Source: Candidatus Electrothrix yaqonensis
GTDB lineage: Bacteria > Desulfobacterota > Desulfobulbia > Desulfobulbales > Desulfobulbaceae
Reading direction: 5' to 3'
NCBI GenBank assembly: GCA_047651235.1
Contig: CP178758.1
Location: 3,570,001-3,602,000 of the forward strand
Length of the DNA stretch: 32,000 nucleotides
Shown here: piece by piece, positions 7,730-16,720 of the stretch
Layout: every line of letters begins with the position of its first letter
Numbering within the stretch: the stretch's first letter is position 1
The notes under the pieces: generated by a model
The model's input: the letters and a program-made list of their open reading frames with translations, nothing else
The model's database searches: none
What the model was told of the DNA's origin: nothing
Made by a program: the position numbers and the translations under genes

Positions 7730-8275
7730 ATGAGTATTGGAACATTTATTTCATCAGCAATAGATAATTTAAACAAAAATAGATATGATGTCGCTTTAGC
7801 TCTTGTTTGCTCTGCTGTAGACGCGACAGCCTCAACGCAATATCCCGAAATCAAAGAAAATAATAAAAGATATAAAAAATTTTTGAAAAATAATATGCGT
7901 ATTATTACAACATATGGATTTCCGGGAATAACAGCCAGTGGAATCTCTATAAAATGTCATAATATCCCAGATATAAAAGCAGATTCCGAAGGACATACAG
8001 ACATTGAAAACATACTTTATCATATCATTCGGTGTTCTTTAATACATCAATGCGAAATCGATCAACGGATAGATTTCGTTCCTTATACTCACATAGGTGA
8101 TTTTGAAGATAAATTTAGGATTCCTGATAGTCTTGTGTTCGGCCTGCTTTTGTCAGTTGTTTTAGCAGAATGCAATAAACAAGAAAAACTCGATAAAGAT
8201 TACGTCTTAAATTTAAATGAAAAGTCTTTGAGTATAAATAAAATTTGGGGTAATTTTAAAAATTTTAATATATAA
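7730..8275 (+). CDS. Hypothetical protein (single-gene cassette)
   Basis: A 181-aa ORF bounded by attC-like sites on both sides, with no motif I recognise. Confidence 0.6.
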   Translation: MSIGTFISSAIDNLNKNRYDVALALVCSAVDATASTQYPEIKENNKRYKKFLKNNMRIITTYGFPGITASGISIKCHNIPDIKADSEGHTDIENILYHIIRCSLIHQCEIDQRIDFVPYTHIGDFEDKFRIPDSLVFGLLLSVVLAECNKQEKLDKDYVLNLNEKSLSINKIWGNFKNFNI

Positions 8276-8277
8276 AT

Positions 8278-8356
8278 GTATAACCAGTCATTTCACCTGA
8301 CCGTTACCCGCGCCGAAAACGGCGCGTGCACCGGCAGGTGAATTCCGATGTTAGCA
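8278..8356 (+). other. attC-like recombination site
   Basis: GTATAAC starts 3 nt after the TAA stop, and the site ends in GTTAGCA. The arms TTCACCTGACCG and CCGGCAGGTGAA pair imperfectly. The apical hairpin is GCGCCG-aaaa-CGGCGC. Confidence 0.7.
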
Positions 8357-8381
8357 TTCATAAAAAAAAGGAAACCGTCAA

Positions 8382-9143
8382 ATGGCAGGTTTTGTTTTAG
8401 TATGGGGTACTAGAATTAAAGAAGAACCTATTGGTTCAGTAGCGATTGATTGCCCGGCCTGTGGTGAAAGAGTTATTGCAGATACTTTTAGAGTCCTTAA
8501 AGCATCACATCTATATTTCATCAGAGGCAAATACAAAGAAGTCCAAAAGTATGTTAAGTGCCGTTTGTGCGCGGTCCCTTCCGAATTGCCTGAAAGGGCT
8601 ATACCAAAATCATCACCAAGTTCTAATATCATAACGCCATCAGCTAATTTTATAAAAGAGTCAAATCCAGAACTAATAAATACATCAACACCATCTTCTG
8701 ACGAAGATTTAAATATAACCGATGGAATTTCAAGACATGTGTTGTCATTATTTCAAGGGATATTTCAGGAGATAAATAAGCAAAAGTCATCAAGCAAAGC
8801 AGCCGGGAATGCAGAAGGTTTAATATTAATCGTATTGATGGCAGGGCTCATACTCTCTATGCTTTTATACGAAAAATTTAATAACCCTCAAATATTTTTA
8901 ACCACACTTTGGAGTTTAACGATCATTTTGGTGATCTTCTTTTATAAATTTCAATTTATCCTTATGTTCAAAGCTGCACACAATTATTTAAATCTTCATA
9001 TTCAACGATATCTCGAATTTAAAAAAATGACATTCCAAGATCTATTAGAGATGTCAACAGGGCTTAGAGGAGAATTTAAAATAGTAGCGAAATATTTATC
9101 TTGGGCAAAAACTAAGATTGAGCTTGTGAGGTACTCAGACTGA
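8382..9143 (+). CDS. Hypothetical zinc-ribbon plus transmembrane protein (single-gene cassette)
   Basis: An AAGGAAA ribosome-binding site lies 8 nt upstream. The N-terminal CPACG...CRLC is a four-Cys ribbon, and the C-terminal half has at least two hydrophobic helices (GLILIVLMAGLILSMLL, TLWSLTIILVIFFY). Confidence 0.65.
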   Translation: MAGFVLVWGTRIKEEPIGSVAIDCPACGERVIADTFRVLKASHLYFIRGKYKEVQKYVKCRLCAVPSELPERAIPKSSPSSNIITPSANFIKESNPELINTSTPSSDEDLNITDGISRHVLSLFQGIFQEINKQKSSSKAAGNAEGLILIVLMAGLILSMLLYEKFNNPQIFLTTLWSLTIILVIFFYKFQFILMFKAAHNYLNLHIQRYLEFKKMTFQDLLEMSTGLRGEFKIVAKYLSWAKTKIELVRYSD

Positions 9144-9152
9144 GAGCTAAAA

Positions 9153-9278
9153 TGCTAACCCAGCGCTCCACTGGACCGCAAGGGGCGGCTTTTCCAAAGT
9201 CTGTAGCGACTTTTAAAAATGGTGCTTTCTGCTGCCTTCTCTGGAAACCCTTGCGGCCCGTGAGCTTCACCGTTCCAA
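9153..9278 (+). other. attC-like recombination site (long form)
   Basis: TGCTAAC ... GTTCCAA, the same end sequences as the 1038-1126 site. The arms GCTCCACTGGACCGCAAGGG and CCCTTGCGGCCCGTGAGC pair with bulges. Confidence 0.65.
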
Positions 9279-9309
9279 AGGCGCGCCCCTTCGGGCCACG
9301 CCTTTGGAA
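9273..9309 (+). repeat. GC-rich 37-bp hairpin repeat, copy 2 of 3
   Basis: Identical to 1121-1157. The 180 bp at 9272-9451 equal 1120-1299 except for one T-to-C change. Confidence 0.8.
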
Positions 9310-9451
9310 TGCCGAGTTGACCGTACCGGCCCAACATTTGATTCCTGCGGCGCTGCGCGCCTTCGGAACCAAACGTTGGACTCGAAATTTTCCCGCAATA
9401 ACCAACCGCAAGCGGCCATTATACCAGGAAAATTCCGGTCAACTCGGCATT
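9308..9451 (+). mobile_element. 144-bp MITE-like element, copy B
   Basis: It has the same 16-bp terminal inverted repeats as copy A. The single difference from copies A and C is aataaCcaacc versus aataaTcaacc, within hairpin 2. Confidence 0.75.
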
Positions 9452-9490
9452 AGCCTCTTGAAAACAACTTTAATTTAAAATGGGTAAAAA

Positions 9491-12400
9491 ATGATTTCTA
9501 TCAATAGGATGAAAAAATTGTCAGTTATTATTTTGCTTGCAGAGCTGTCAAGTTTATTTGCCATACAGTCGCTGGCGCATGCAGAAGTCTTCCGAGCGAA
9601 GTTTAAAGCAGGCTCAGAGTATTTGGTTATAGAGATACTTGATGATGACTTAGCTCATTTTGAACTCTCAGCTATAGGAGATGGCCCGTCAACTGATGAG
9701 TCGCTTTATACTTCTCCAATGGTGCTGAAAACTGACTACAAAGGTGCCGCAAATGTATCTCATAATGACAACGTTATAGAAACCAGTGAGATGCGTCTTG
9801 AGATTGACAAGAGCAATCTGTGTGTCAAACTGATTGATAAAACAAAGGGAAATGCTCGTCTGACAACTGTTTGTCCGGTCGATCTGACTCAAGGGTTGAA
9901 AGGAATAAATATCGAACCGGGTCAAATACAGAATATATACGGTCTCGGCCAGAAATTTAAGCAGTTAGGTTCATCAGACGGCGACTGGATTAAGTTGGGA
10001 GTACGCGAGGGGAAGGATAATTGGGGGAACGGGTTCGAGGGTTTCCAGAATGCGGCGGTAGGTAATGTACAAATCCCGGTGTATTATGCTGTCGGCCCGG
10101 ACAATATCAACTATGCTCTCTTTATGGATAATGTCTACTGGCAAAGGTGGGATTTTGAAAAGAACTGGTGGGAAGCACGTATGTATGGAGACCAGTTGCG
10201 TTTTTACTTTATGACCGGCCAAGACTTACCTGATCTGAGATCGGACTTTATGGAACTGACAGGGAAACCGCCAGTTCCTTCTCGGCAATCCTTCGGTATG
10301 TGGGTATCTGAATTCGGCTATGACAATTGGGAACAGATTGATATTCTAAAAAAAGGCTTGAGAGAAGACAGATTTCCTTTAGACGGTTTTGTCCTTGATT
10401 TAAACTGGTTCGGCGGCATAAGTCCGAAGACCAACATGGGACGTCTCAATTGGGATCAGAATCAGGATGAATTGGTGCAAAACAATGCGTACTCTTTTCC
10501 CAACCCAAGTGAAAAAATTAAAGAATACGCTGAAGACAATATTCGAATCGCGGCAATTGAAGAATCCTATTTAGCCAAGACAGAGCCTCCTCTCAATACC
10601 TTCAAGGATATCCCTCAGGATTTCATGAGTTATCTGCGAAGTGACAACAAATGTGATCCGGCCAATCAGGTACCGGCCGAGACAGAAGGTTTTTGGGGTA
10701 AAGGACGAATGTTCGACTGGTCGGACCCGGTACTCGGTAAATGGATTCACAATAACCGTCGTTTTCCTGAGCTAGCAAAAAGAGGAATCAATACTCATTG
10801 GACTGATCTGGGCGAACCCGAGACCTTTAATCCTTCCGCCTGTTATGAAGGAGTGGAGACAACTGCTGCTGGCAAAAAAAGCGGACATGCAGATATTCAT
10901 AATATATATAATCTGCTTTGGAATAAATCTATTTGGGACGGTTACGTTGACAAGCAGGGCCAGGAGGATGAACTGGGTATAACCAATCCACGGCCTTTAA
11001 TTCTGACCCGTTCAGGGGCTGCCGGAACGCAGCGATACGGTGCAGCTATGTGGTCCGGGGATATTGCCTCTAACTTGGACTCCCTTGCTACACATTCAAA
11101 CGCTCAAATGCATATGTCTTTTTCCGGTATTGACTATTACGGTGCAGATATCGGAGGCTTTCGCCGAGAAGTACTGCCGGGTAACAGCAAAAACGAGCCC
11201 TTTGATATAAGCTATCAGGATGAAATGTATACCCAGTGGTTTGCCAACGGAAGCTGGTTCGATATCCCGGTCCGTCCTCATACTGATAATGAGTTTGGGA
11301 CAAACCGTGATAGCTGTAAAGACGATTTCGGTCACAGAAAATCGCCCTGTTATGAAACAGCTCCTAATCTTGTCGGCGATACTGTTAGCAATTTAGCCAA
11401 TATCCGCCAGCGTTACGAGCTGATCCCCTACTATTACTCCCTTGCTTACCGGGCTTACTTGCAAGGTGAACCTGTCATCCCGCCTCCAGTGCTCTATTAC
11501 CAAAATGACGAGAAATTAAGAGAGGCTGGCCACGAAAAGATGATCGGCAGAGATATTCTGGTCGGAATCGTCGCCAAGCATGGTGAGTATGATCGCAATG
11601 TATATCTGCCCACGGGCAAATGGGTGAACTACCACTCGAATGAATGGGTTGACAGCTCAGGAGAAGAAATAAAGGATGTGCCTGTTTATCGACAAGGAAT
11701 TTTTCGGCTTCCAACCTTTGTACATGCCGGAGCTATACTTCCCCAGATGTTTGTTGATAAAAATACTCAAGATGCCTTTGGACATCAATTTAAAGGAACC
11801 TCAGAACATGACGAACTGATTGTTCGCGTTTACGCAGATGAGACTCCATCGACGTTCACACTGTACGAGGATGATGGATTAACTCTAAATTATACGCAAA
11901 CCGGACGACCATTCTATCATTACAGAACAACTGTTCTTGAGCAACAACAGAATAAGAATAATGACACGGTAAAAGTGACTATCGGTCCGGCTGTTAACAG
12001 AAAGGGTGACAAGGAAGTGGCAGAATCGTTTACCGGAGCTGTTGATAGTCGAGCAAACATTGTCAAGTTGATCGTTAATAATGCAGAGGCAACAGCGGTC
12101 AGTCTTAACGGCACACCATTGACTGAGTATGAGTTTCAAAAAGATTTCGATGAAGCTGAAAGCGGCTGGCACAACACCGGTGATAATCTTATCCTGGCGA
12201 AATCTATAAAAATGGACGTCAAGAATATCACAAAAGTTTTTTCTTTTCAGCTGGAAGATGTCCCGGCAAAAACGTCAGTTAACTTTGTTTGCGATAACGG
12301 CTTTACAACTCCGGGTGAGAGTATCTATGTTGCAGGCAGTATTGCTGCCTTAGGTAATTGGGATCCTGGCATGGCGGTTAAGCTCGAACCGACCATTTAT

Positions 12401-12619
12401 GACGAATACATCACTCGAACAGATAAAAGTCTTCCCGGCCCTACGAAACCAATCTGGACAGCTGTAATCAGCAATCTATCGCCGAATACAGGCTTTGAAT
12501 GGAAATGCATACGGCGACAGGAAAACGACCCGAATCAAGTTGAGTGGCAATCCGGCGAAAACAACGAGAAAACCACTGTTGCTCATGGCTATTCCGGAAA
12601 GAGTTACGGTACGTTTTGA
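9491..12619 (+). CDS. Secreted glycoside hydrolase family 31 enzyme with C-terminal CBM20 starch-binding module
   Basis: A signal-peptide-like N-terminus (MKKLSVIILLAELSSLFAIQSLAHA). GH31-type HWTDLGEPE and MWSGDIASNLDSL. The CBM20-like tail reads GESIYVAGSIAALGNWDP...FEWKCIRRQ...VEWQSGENN. The start may instead be the ATG at 9509. Confidence 0.8.
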   Translation: MISINRMKKLSVIILLAELSSLFAIQSLAHAEVFRAKFKAGSEYLVIEILDDDLAHFELSAIGDGPSTDESLYTSPMVLKTDYKGAANVSHNDNVIETSEMRLEIDKSNLCVKLIDKTKGNARLTTVCPVDLTQGLKGINIEPGQIQNIYGLGQKFKQLGSSDGDWIKLGVREGKDNWGNGFEGFQNAAVGNVQIPVYYAVGPDNINYALFMDNVYWQRWDFEKNWWEARMYGDQLRFYFMTGQDLPDLRSDFMELTGKPPVPSRQSFGMWVSEFGYDNWEQIDILKKGLREDRFPLDGFVLDLNWFGGISPKTNMGRLNWDQNQDELVQNNAYSFPNPSEKIKEYAEDNIRIAAIEESYLAKTEPPLNTFKDIPQDFMSYLRSDNKCDPANQVPAETEGFWGKGRMFDWSDPVLGKWIHNNRRFPELAKRGINTHWTDLGEPETFNPSACYEGVETTAAGKKSGHADIHNIYNLLWNKSIWDGYVDKQGQEDELGITNPRPLILTRSGAAGTQRYGAAMWSGDIASNLDSLATHSNAQMHMSFSGIDYYGADIGGFRREVLPGNSKNEPFDISYQDEMYTQWFANGSWFDIPVRPHTDNEFGTNRDSCKDDFGHRKSPCYETAPNLVGDTVSNLANIRQRYELIPYYYSLAYRAYLQGEPVIPPPVLYYQNDEKLREAGHEKMIGRDILVGIVAKHGEYDRNVYLPTGKWVNYHSNEWVDSSGEEIKDVPVYRQGIFRLPTFVHAGAILPQMFVDKNTQDAFGHQFKGTSEHDELIVRVYADETPSTFTLYEDDGLTLNYTQTGRPFYHYRTTVLEQQQNKNNDTVKVTIGPAVNRKGDKEVAESFTGAVDSRANIVKLIVNNAEATAVSLNGTPLTEYEFQKDFDEAESGWHNTGDNLILAKSIKMDVKNITKVFSFQLEDVPAKTSVNFVCDNGFTTPGESIYVAGSIAALGNWDPGMAVKLEPTIYDEYITRTDKSLPGPTKPIWTAVISNLSPNTGFEWKCIRRQENDPNQVEWQSGENNEKTTVAHGYSGKSYGTF

Positions 12620-12644
12620 TCTTTTTCACTCTGCCGGTAAAAAG

Positions 12645-12685
12645 GGGCATTTCAAAGGCGTGGCCCGAAGGGGCGCGCCTTTGAA
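12645..12685 (-). repeat. GC-rich hairpin repeat, copy 3 of 3 (inverted), followed by AATGCC on the minus strand
   Basis: The minus strand reads TTTCAAAGGCGCGCCCCTTCGGGCCACGCCTTTGAAATGCC, against TTCCAAAGGCG...CGCCTTTGGAATGCC at copies 1 and 2. It abuts the GTT end of the minus-strand attC-like site. Confidence 0.75.
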
Positions 12686-12803
12686 ACTAGGCGCTGCACC
12701 CGACCCGCGAGCACGCGCGTTTTTTGAAGTAGATTCATGCTCCCGTTCCGCTTCAGGCCATCGCGGTGATGCCGGGGCGGGGCGGGTGAGCTTGTTGTTA
12801 TCG
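12681..12803 (-). other. attC-like recombination site on the minus strand
   Basis: The minus strand reads CGATAAC ... GTTTCAA. The arms GCTCACCCGCCCCGC and GCGGGTCGGGTGCAGC pair with one bulged G and one mismatch. The TAA stop of the minus ORF lies inside the ..TAAC end. Confidence 0.65.
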
Positions 12804-13118
12804 AGCGCTGCTTTTAGCGAACTTGCGAGCGGAGCGGTTCATATGATCAGCACACAGAACGTTCCATGATAAGAATGCCTTGTCACGATCTGCAAAAGGA
12901 AGATTCATAATGATAAATCTACGTTGGTCAAGGTTAAAGCGTGGAGTAGGCCGATGCCTATACAACTTCTCAACTTCTTCAAAATAAAAAAAACGATTAT
13001 AGAGGGGCCGGTTTTGATTAAGCCCAAAGGGCGTTCGCTTTGCGAAAGCGAGGTATTGGATCAATCTTAGGCCGCAATCAACCCCGTCGTAAGCGATAGG
13101 AATTATAGTGCAGGTCAC
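12798..13118 (-). CDS. Doubtful small ORF upstream of the minus-strand attC-like site
   Basis: A 106-aa ORF whose stop sits in the attC-like end. Its sequence is low-complexity and unrecognisable, and the same DNA folds into + strand hairpins, so it may be non-coding. Confidence 0.25.
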   Translation of the reverse strand: MTCTIIPIAYDGVDCGLRLIQYLAFAKRTPFGLNQNRPLYNRFFYFEEVEKLYRHRPTPRFNLDQRRFIIMNLPFADRDKAFLSWNVLCADHMNRSARKFAKSSAR

Positions 13119-13140
13119 ATGAATTGATTCCTCGCTTTTT
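13093..13140 (+). terminator. Possible intrinsic terminator
   Basis: GCGATAGGAAT (13093-13103) pairs with ATTCCTCGC (13127-13135) with one bulge, followed by TTTTT. The loop is long at 23 nt. Confidence 0.3.
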
Positions 13141-13237
13141 AGTTAACCTGTCGTGATAATGACTTTTTGTGAGAGAATTTCGCCTTAAGTTATTTGACCG
13201 GCACTATAAACCCAGACTACTCAATTAACGGCACGAT

Positions 13238-16200
13238 ATGATACAAAAACTGTCTTTTTCAGCGTCCACCGAATTCTTGAATAACTTCAAACAAGTTGAG
13301 GTTCTTGATCAAAGAAAAAAATTCGAAGCAGTTCAAACTAACAATGGCCATACAATTTTTATTGGAATCGGAACAGATGACCAACTCTATGTGATTTACG
13401 AGCAGTCAGGTAAGAAGCATGGCTGGGTACAGATCCCTGTGACAAACAACTTGATGGGCAACGTCAAAAATTTTGCCGCATCACAAAACACCAAGGACGG
13501 TAATATTGATATAGCTGTGGTTATGACCGATCCATCAGACAACAACATGCTTTACCTGTCACTTGACCACCACTTTGACAATACGGACTGGATCACTCCT
13601 AATCTGAACTGGATAACAATCACAGATGATCGCTCCGAGCCGGAAAATCGAAACTTGGTAATTTCCGACGTGCATCTATCCCAGATGAAATCTGGTAACG
13701 AAACAATCATTGTCGATACGGTGACCACTAACAATCTGATTGAACGATATTGGATCAACAAGAGGGGGGCACCCTACTGGAACAAGCACAATCTGCAATT
13801 CGATCTGAGTGCCGGAACGGCTGATCACAGCCGTGTAGGTCGCAAATCCGGTGAGTTGGTCAACGGTATCTACACCATGGGTCGGGTAGGCCCTGCCCTG
13901 CAGTTTGTCTACACCCCGGTCTATAACGCCTTCAACCCGTCAATCGCGCCAAACCCCACCAATTTCAATTTCAATGCCACCAAGCTGACAGCGACCAATT
14001 CGGACTATGACACCTGCCCTGCCTTGTCAGGCGAGCAGGATGCCACCGACCTGTTTCTGGCAGGTGGCGACACGCTCTATTACCTAGCCGCAAAAGAACA
14101 AAACCAGATGGCGACGCCGGTGGAAATTCTAACAAGTGACCTGCTTTCCGATGTCAGGGATTTCCGCGTTTCCGTTAACTCCGAGAAGGTTGTTATCTGG
14201 GTGCTTAATGGACATGACCAGCTTTTCTATCTGTCCTGTCCGAAAAACGGGATTCATGACAAATCAAACTGGTCCATACCGCTACCTTTGCAAAGCAGCG
14301 TATCGGAAATGTCCCAATACATTTCCAATCAGGGTGGGGGCATTACCGTTTTTGCCAATGTTGGAAACGGCAAGGTTCTCAAGGGAATGCAGGACCCGGC
14401 TTCTTCCCGCTGGGTATTTGCTCAAATCGAACTTCCTGCACTGAAGCATGACACCAAGCCCATCAAGCAACTTTCCTTCACCACCCACATCCGGGTCCAA
14501 GATGAAAATAACAATCCGGCCCCCGCTGCCGATGTCGTTCTGAAGCCCGATGCATGCGTCAATGTTTACATCAACAACGCCTTCTATGCCTTGAGCGGGG
14601 ACTCACTGACGGTTAAGACCGATGCGACCGGTTCAGTCACCATTGTTGAATGGGTCGACACGATGCAAGGCACCAATTTCAACATTCACACAGGAGACCC
14701 GTCACAGGCGAAGGGACTAAATCCCCTGTCGAAGCCACTCGGAAAATTATCGCAGCTGAGTACTGCGGACGGTCTCAGTAACGCGCAGATCACAGCGGGT
14801 GACGGTACCAAATCCGCCCTGCTGAATACTGGGGTCACCGACGATCAAAAAAAGGCCCTAGCAGGCGTGATCAAGGACTTGAACATCGCGCACAATTCCA
14901 TGTCGGAATCCAAGGTAACAGTGGGCGCGAACGCTGGCTTTACCATCAATGCGGTTGCCACCCACAAATCCTCCTCGCCGGTCGATTACATCGAAACTTG
15001 GTGGGGAGATCTTGTGCAGGCCGTTAAGCACTTTGGCGAATATACGATTGAATTGATCAAGGATGCCTCCAAGGAAGCTTGGCACTTCGTGGTTAAAGTC
15101 GCTGGCAAGGTTTACGGCTTTCTGGTGGACACTGTCGAGAAGGTTGCCGGGGCACTTGAATCGATCTGGAACAAAATCGTTGAGGGTTGGGACAAATTCA
15201 TCGAATGGGTGAAGTTCATCTTTGAGTGGAAGGACATGGTCCACACTAAGGATGTGTTCAAACAGACCGTGCTGATCTTCTTCAACAAGATGGCCGAGGA
15301 TATCCAGAAGGCGCGGGTCGCCATGGATACAACGATAGACAATGGGGAAAGGGCGATCATGGCTTGGGCCAATGAAGACCCATCCTCAAGACCAAGCCTT
15401 GCCAGTTTGGACACACCCACCAATCAGTTGGCCAAAGGCAAGAAGGAACCGAAAGGGTCGAATTCCGCGCCAGCACAATTCATCCAGTCGCACTTCAAGA
15501 ATAATGTCAGCCGGTCAACAGCGACATTAGCGCCGCCCACAGTGGGGGTTGATCCAGACTGGTCAGGACTGACTGACATGTCGGACATCGTAAAGCGGGC
15601 TGAAGATGACATCACCGTGCTGCGTGATCACATCAAAAGCCTGTTTGTCCAGGCAGCCACTCAGGTAAATCCGGACATGCAAGCCATCGTGAAAAAAGTG
15701 ATTGCTGACATTACAATCCTTGCAATGGACCTTTTTAAAGGTGCAGCGGACAAGGTGCTTGATTTCCTGACCCTCCTGATCGAGGAAATCGTAGCACTGT
15801 TGGATACGCCACTCTACATCCCGATTCTGTCCGACATTTTGAAAGATGATTTTGGGATGGAACTCCCGTCGCTGTTGGAAATTCTCTGCTACGTTGCCGC
15901 CATTCCGACAACAATTGTCTACAAGATCGTCAATGGTAAAGCCCCGTTCTCGACCAATGATACGCTTTACAAAAACCTGACCAAGGCAAAAAGCTTTGCT
16001 GAGTTGCAGAAGCTTTACAATACCTCGGATGATCTCATCAAACTGGACGAGTCGGCACAGGCGGTGCTGTTTGAAACCACCTATTTTGCATCCGGTGTTT
16101 GCACCATCATTTACGGTTTTCTGGCCGTGATTGACGAGGAGACCGATGGCGGTGCCTCCAGTGCGCTCTCTACCCCCAAGACAATCCTGTCTGTCTTGTC

Positions 16201-16690
16201 CGGGGGCTCTGTGGGCATCGGAAGCCTGTTTGATCTTCCGATTGGCATCAAGAACAAGGAGATGAATACCTTTGCCTCCGTTGTTTCAAAAATCAACATC
16301 CTGCAGATCGCTGCGTTCGCGGTAGCACCGAAAGCGATTGCCAAAATTAAGGGTATAAGTGGTGAAGGTCCACTAAACCAATTGGGCAAGCAGGTGAATT
16401 ACGTCTCTGGTGGAGTGACAGCAATCCTTGCTTTTATCGGGCTTGTTCCCGCAGCCTATCACATTGTCGAGATCATTGCGGATGGGGAAGCACTAACGAA
16501 GGATGGTGTGCTTGGTATCGAAGATGCCACCCAGAACATCACCGGCAAGTTGGCAAAGATCGTGGGTTTTGCCGCTCTGGTGGATGCAGAGGAGGTAAGT
16601 AAGCAAATTCTGATCGCAGTTCAGGGCATTTTGTATGCAGGAACTGGGTTCATCCAAATTGAAGAATCTGCTCTCGAAGCAGTAGCATAA
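13238..16690 (+). CDS. Large hypothetical protein: repeat-rich N-terminus, helical Trp-rich middle, multi-pass hydrophobic C-terminus
   Basis: A 1150-aa ORF. The N-terminal roughly 400 aa show recurring strand-like blocks (QLYVIYEQ..GW, NMLYLSLD, TLYYLAAK, QLFYLSCP), suggesting a beta-propeller. Then come WWGDLVQAV..WDKFIEWVKFIFEWKD and several hydrophobic segments (LLEILCYVAAIPTTIVYKIV, FASGVCTIIYGFLAVI, VSGGVTAILAFIGLVPAAYHIV). No family was recognised. Confidence 0.75.
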   Translation: MIQKLSFSASTEFLNNFKQVEVLDQRKKFEAVQTNNGHTIFIGIGTDDQLYVIYEQSGKKHGWVQIPVTNNLMGNVKNFAASQNTKDGNIDIAVVMTDPSDNNMLYLSLDHHFDNTDWITPNLNWITITDDRSEPENRNLVISDVHLSQMKSGNETIIVDTVTTNNLIERYWINKRGAPYWNKHNLQFDLSAGTADHSRVGRKSGELVNGIYTMGRVGPALQFVYTPVYNAFNPSIAPNPTNFNFNATKLTATNSDYDTCPALSGEQDATDLFLAGGDTLYYLAAKEQNQMATPVEILTSDLLSDVRDFRVSVNSEKVVIWVLNGHDQLFYLSCPKNGIHDKSNWSIPLPLQSSVSEMSQYISNQGGGITVFANVGNGKVLKGMQDPASSRWVFAQIELPALKHDTKPIKQLSFTTHIRVQDENNNPAPAADVVLKPDACVNVYINNAFYALSGDSLTVKTDATGSVTIVEWVDTMQGTNFNIHTGDPSQAKGLNPLSKPLGKLSQLSTADGLSNAQITAGDGTKSALLNTGVTDDQKKALAGVIKDLNIAHNSMSESKVTVGANAGFTINAVATHKSSSPVDYIETWWGDLVQAVKHFGEYTIELIKDASKEAWHFVVKVAGKVYGFLVDTVEKVAGALESIWNKIVEGWDKFIEWVKFIFEWKDMVHTKDVFKQTVLIFFNKMAEDIQKARVAMDTTIDNGERAIMAWANEDPSSRPSLASLDTPTNQLAKGKKEPKGSNSAPAQFIQSHFKNNVSRSTATLAPPTVGVDPDWSGLTDMSDIVKRAEDDITVLRDHIKSLFVQAATQVNPDMQAIVKKVIADITILAMDLFKGAADKVLDFLTLLIEEIVALLDTPLYIPILSDILKDDFGMELPSLLEILCYVAAIPTTIVYKIVNGKAPFSTNDTLYKNLTKAKSFAELQKLYNTSDDLIKLDESAQAVLFETTYFASGVCTIIYGFLAVIDEETDGGASSALSTPKTILSVLSGGSVGIGSLFDLPIGIKNKEMNTFASVVSKINILQIAAFAVAPKAIAKIKGISGEGPLNQLGKQVNYVSGGVTAILAFIGLVPAAYHIVEIIADGEALTKDGVLGIEDATQNITGKLAKIVGFAALVDAEEVSKQILIAVQGILYAGTGFIQIEESALEAVA

Positions 16691-16720
16691 TCTAACTCGT
16701 ATATTTTGAAGGTAAATGAA

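Larger units (their letters stand above)
1..12803. mobile_element. Integron-type gene-cassette array (attC-like sites after cassette ORFs); no intI in the window
   Basis: Six attC-like imperfect palindromes at 1038-1126, 6834-6900, 7640-7711, 8278-8356 and 9153-9278 (+) and 12681-12803 (-). Each begins at or just after a stop codon and has ..AAC / GTT.. ends and bulged bases. The cargo is AT-rich relative to the right-hand third of the window. Confidence 0.7.

Noticed and set aside
12900-13120. A group II intron (attC-targeting class) remnant in the structured region
   Set aside because: I could not find a domain V-like AGC...GAAA... helix or a GUGYG 5' end, and there is no maturase ORF.
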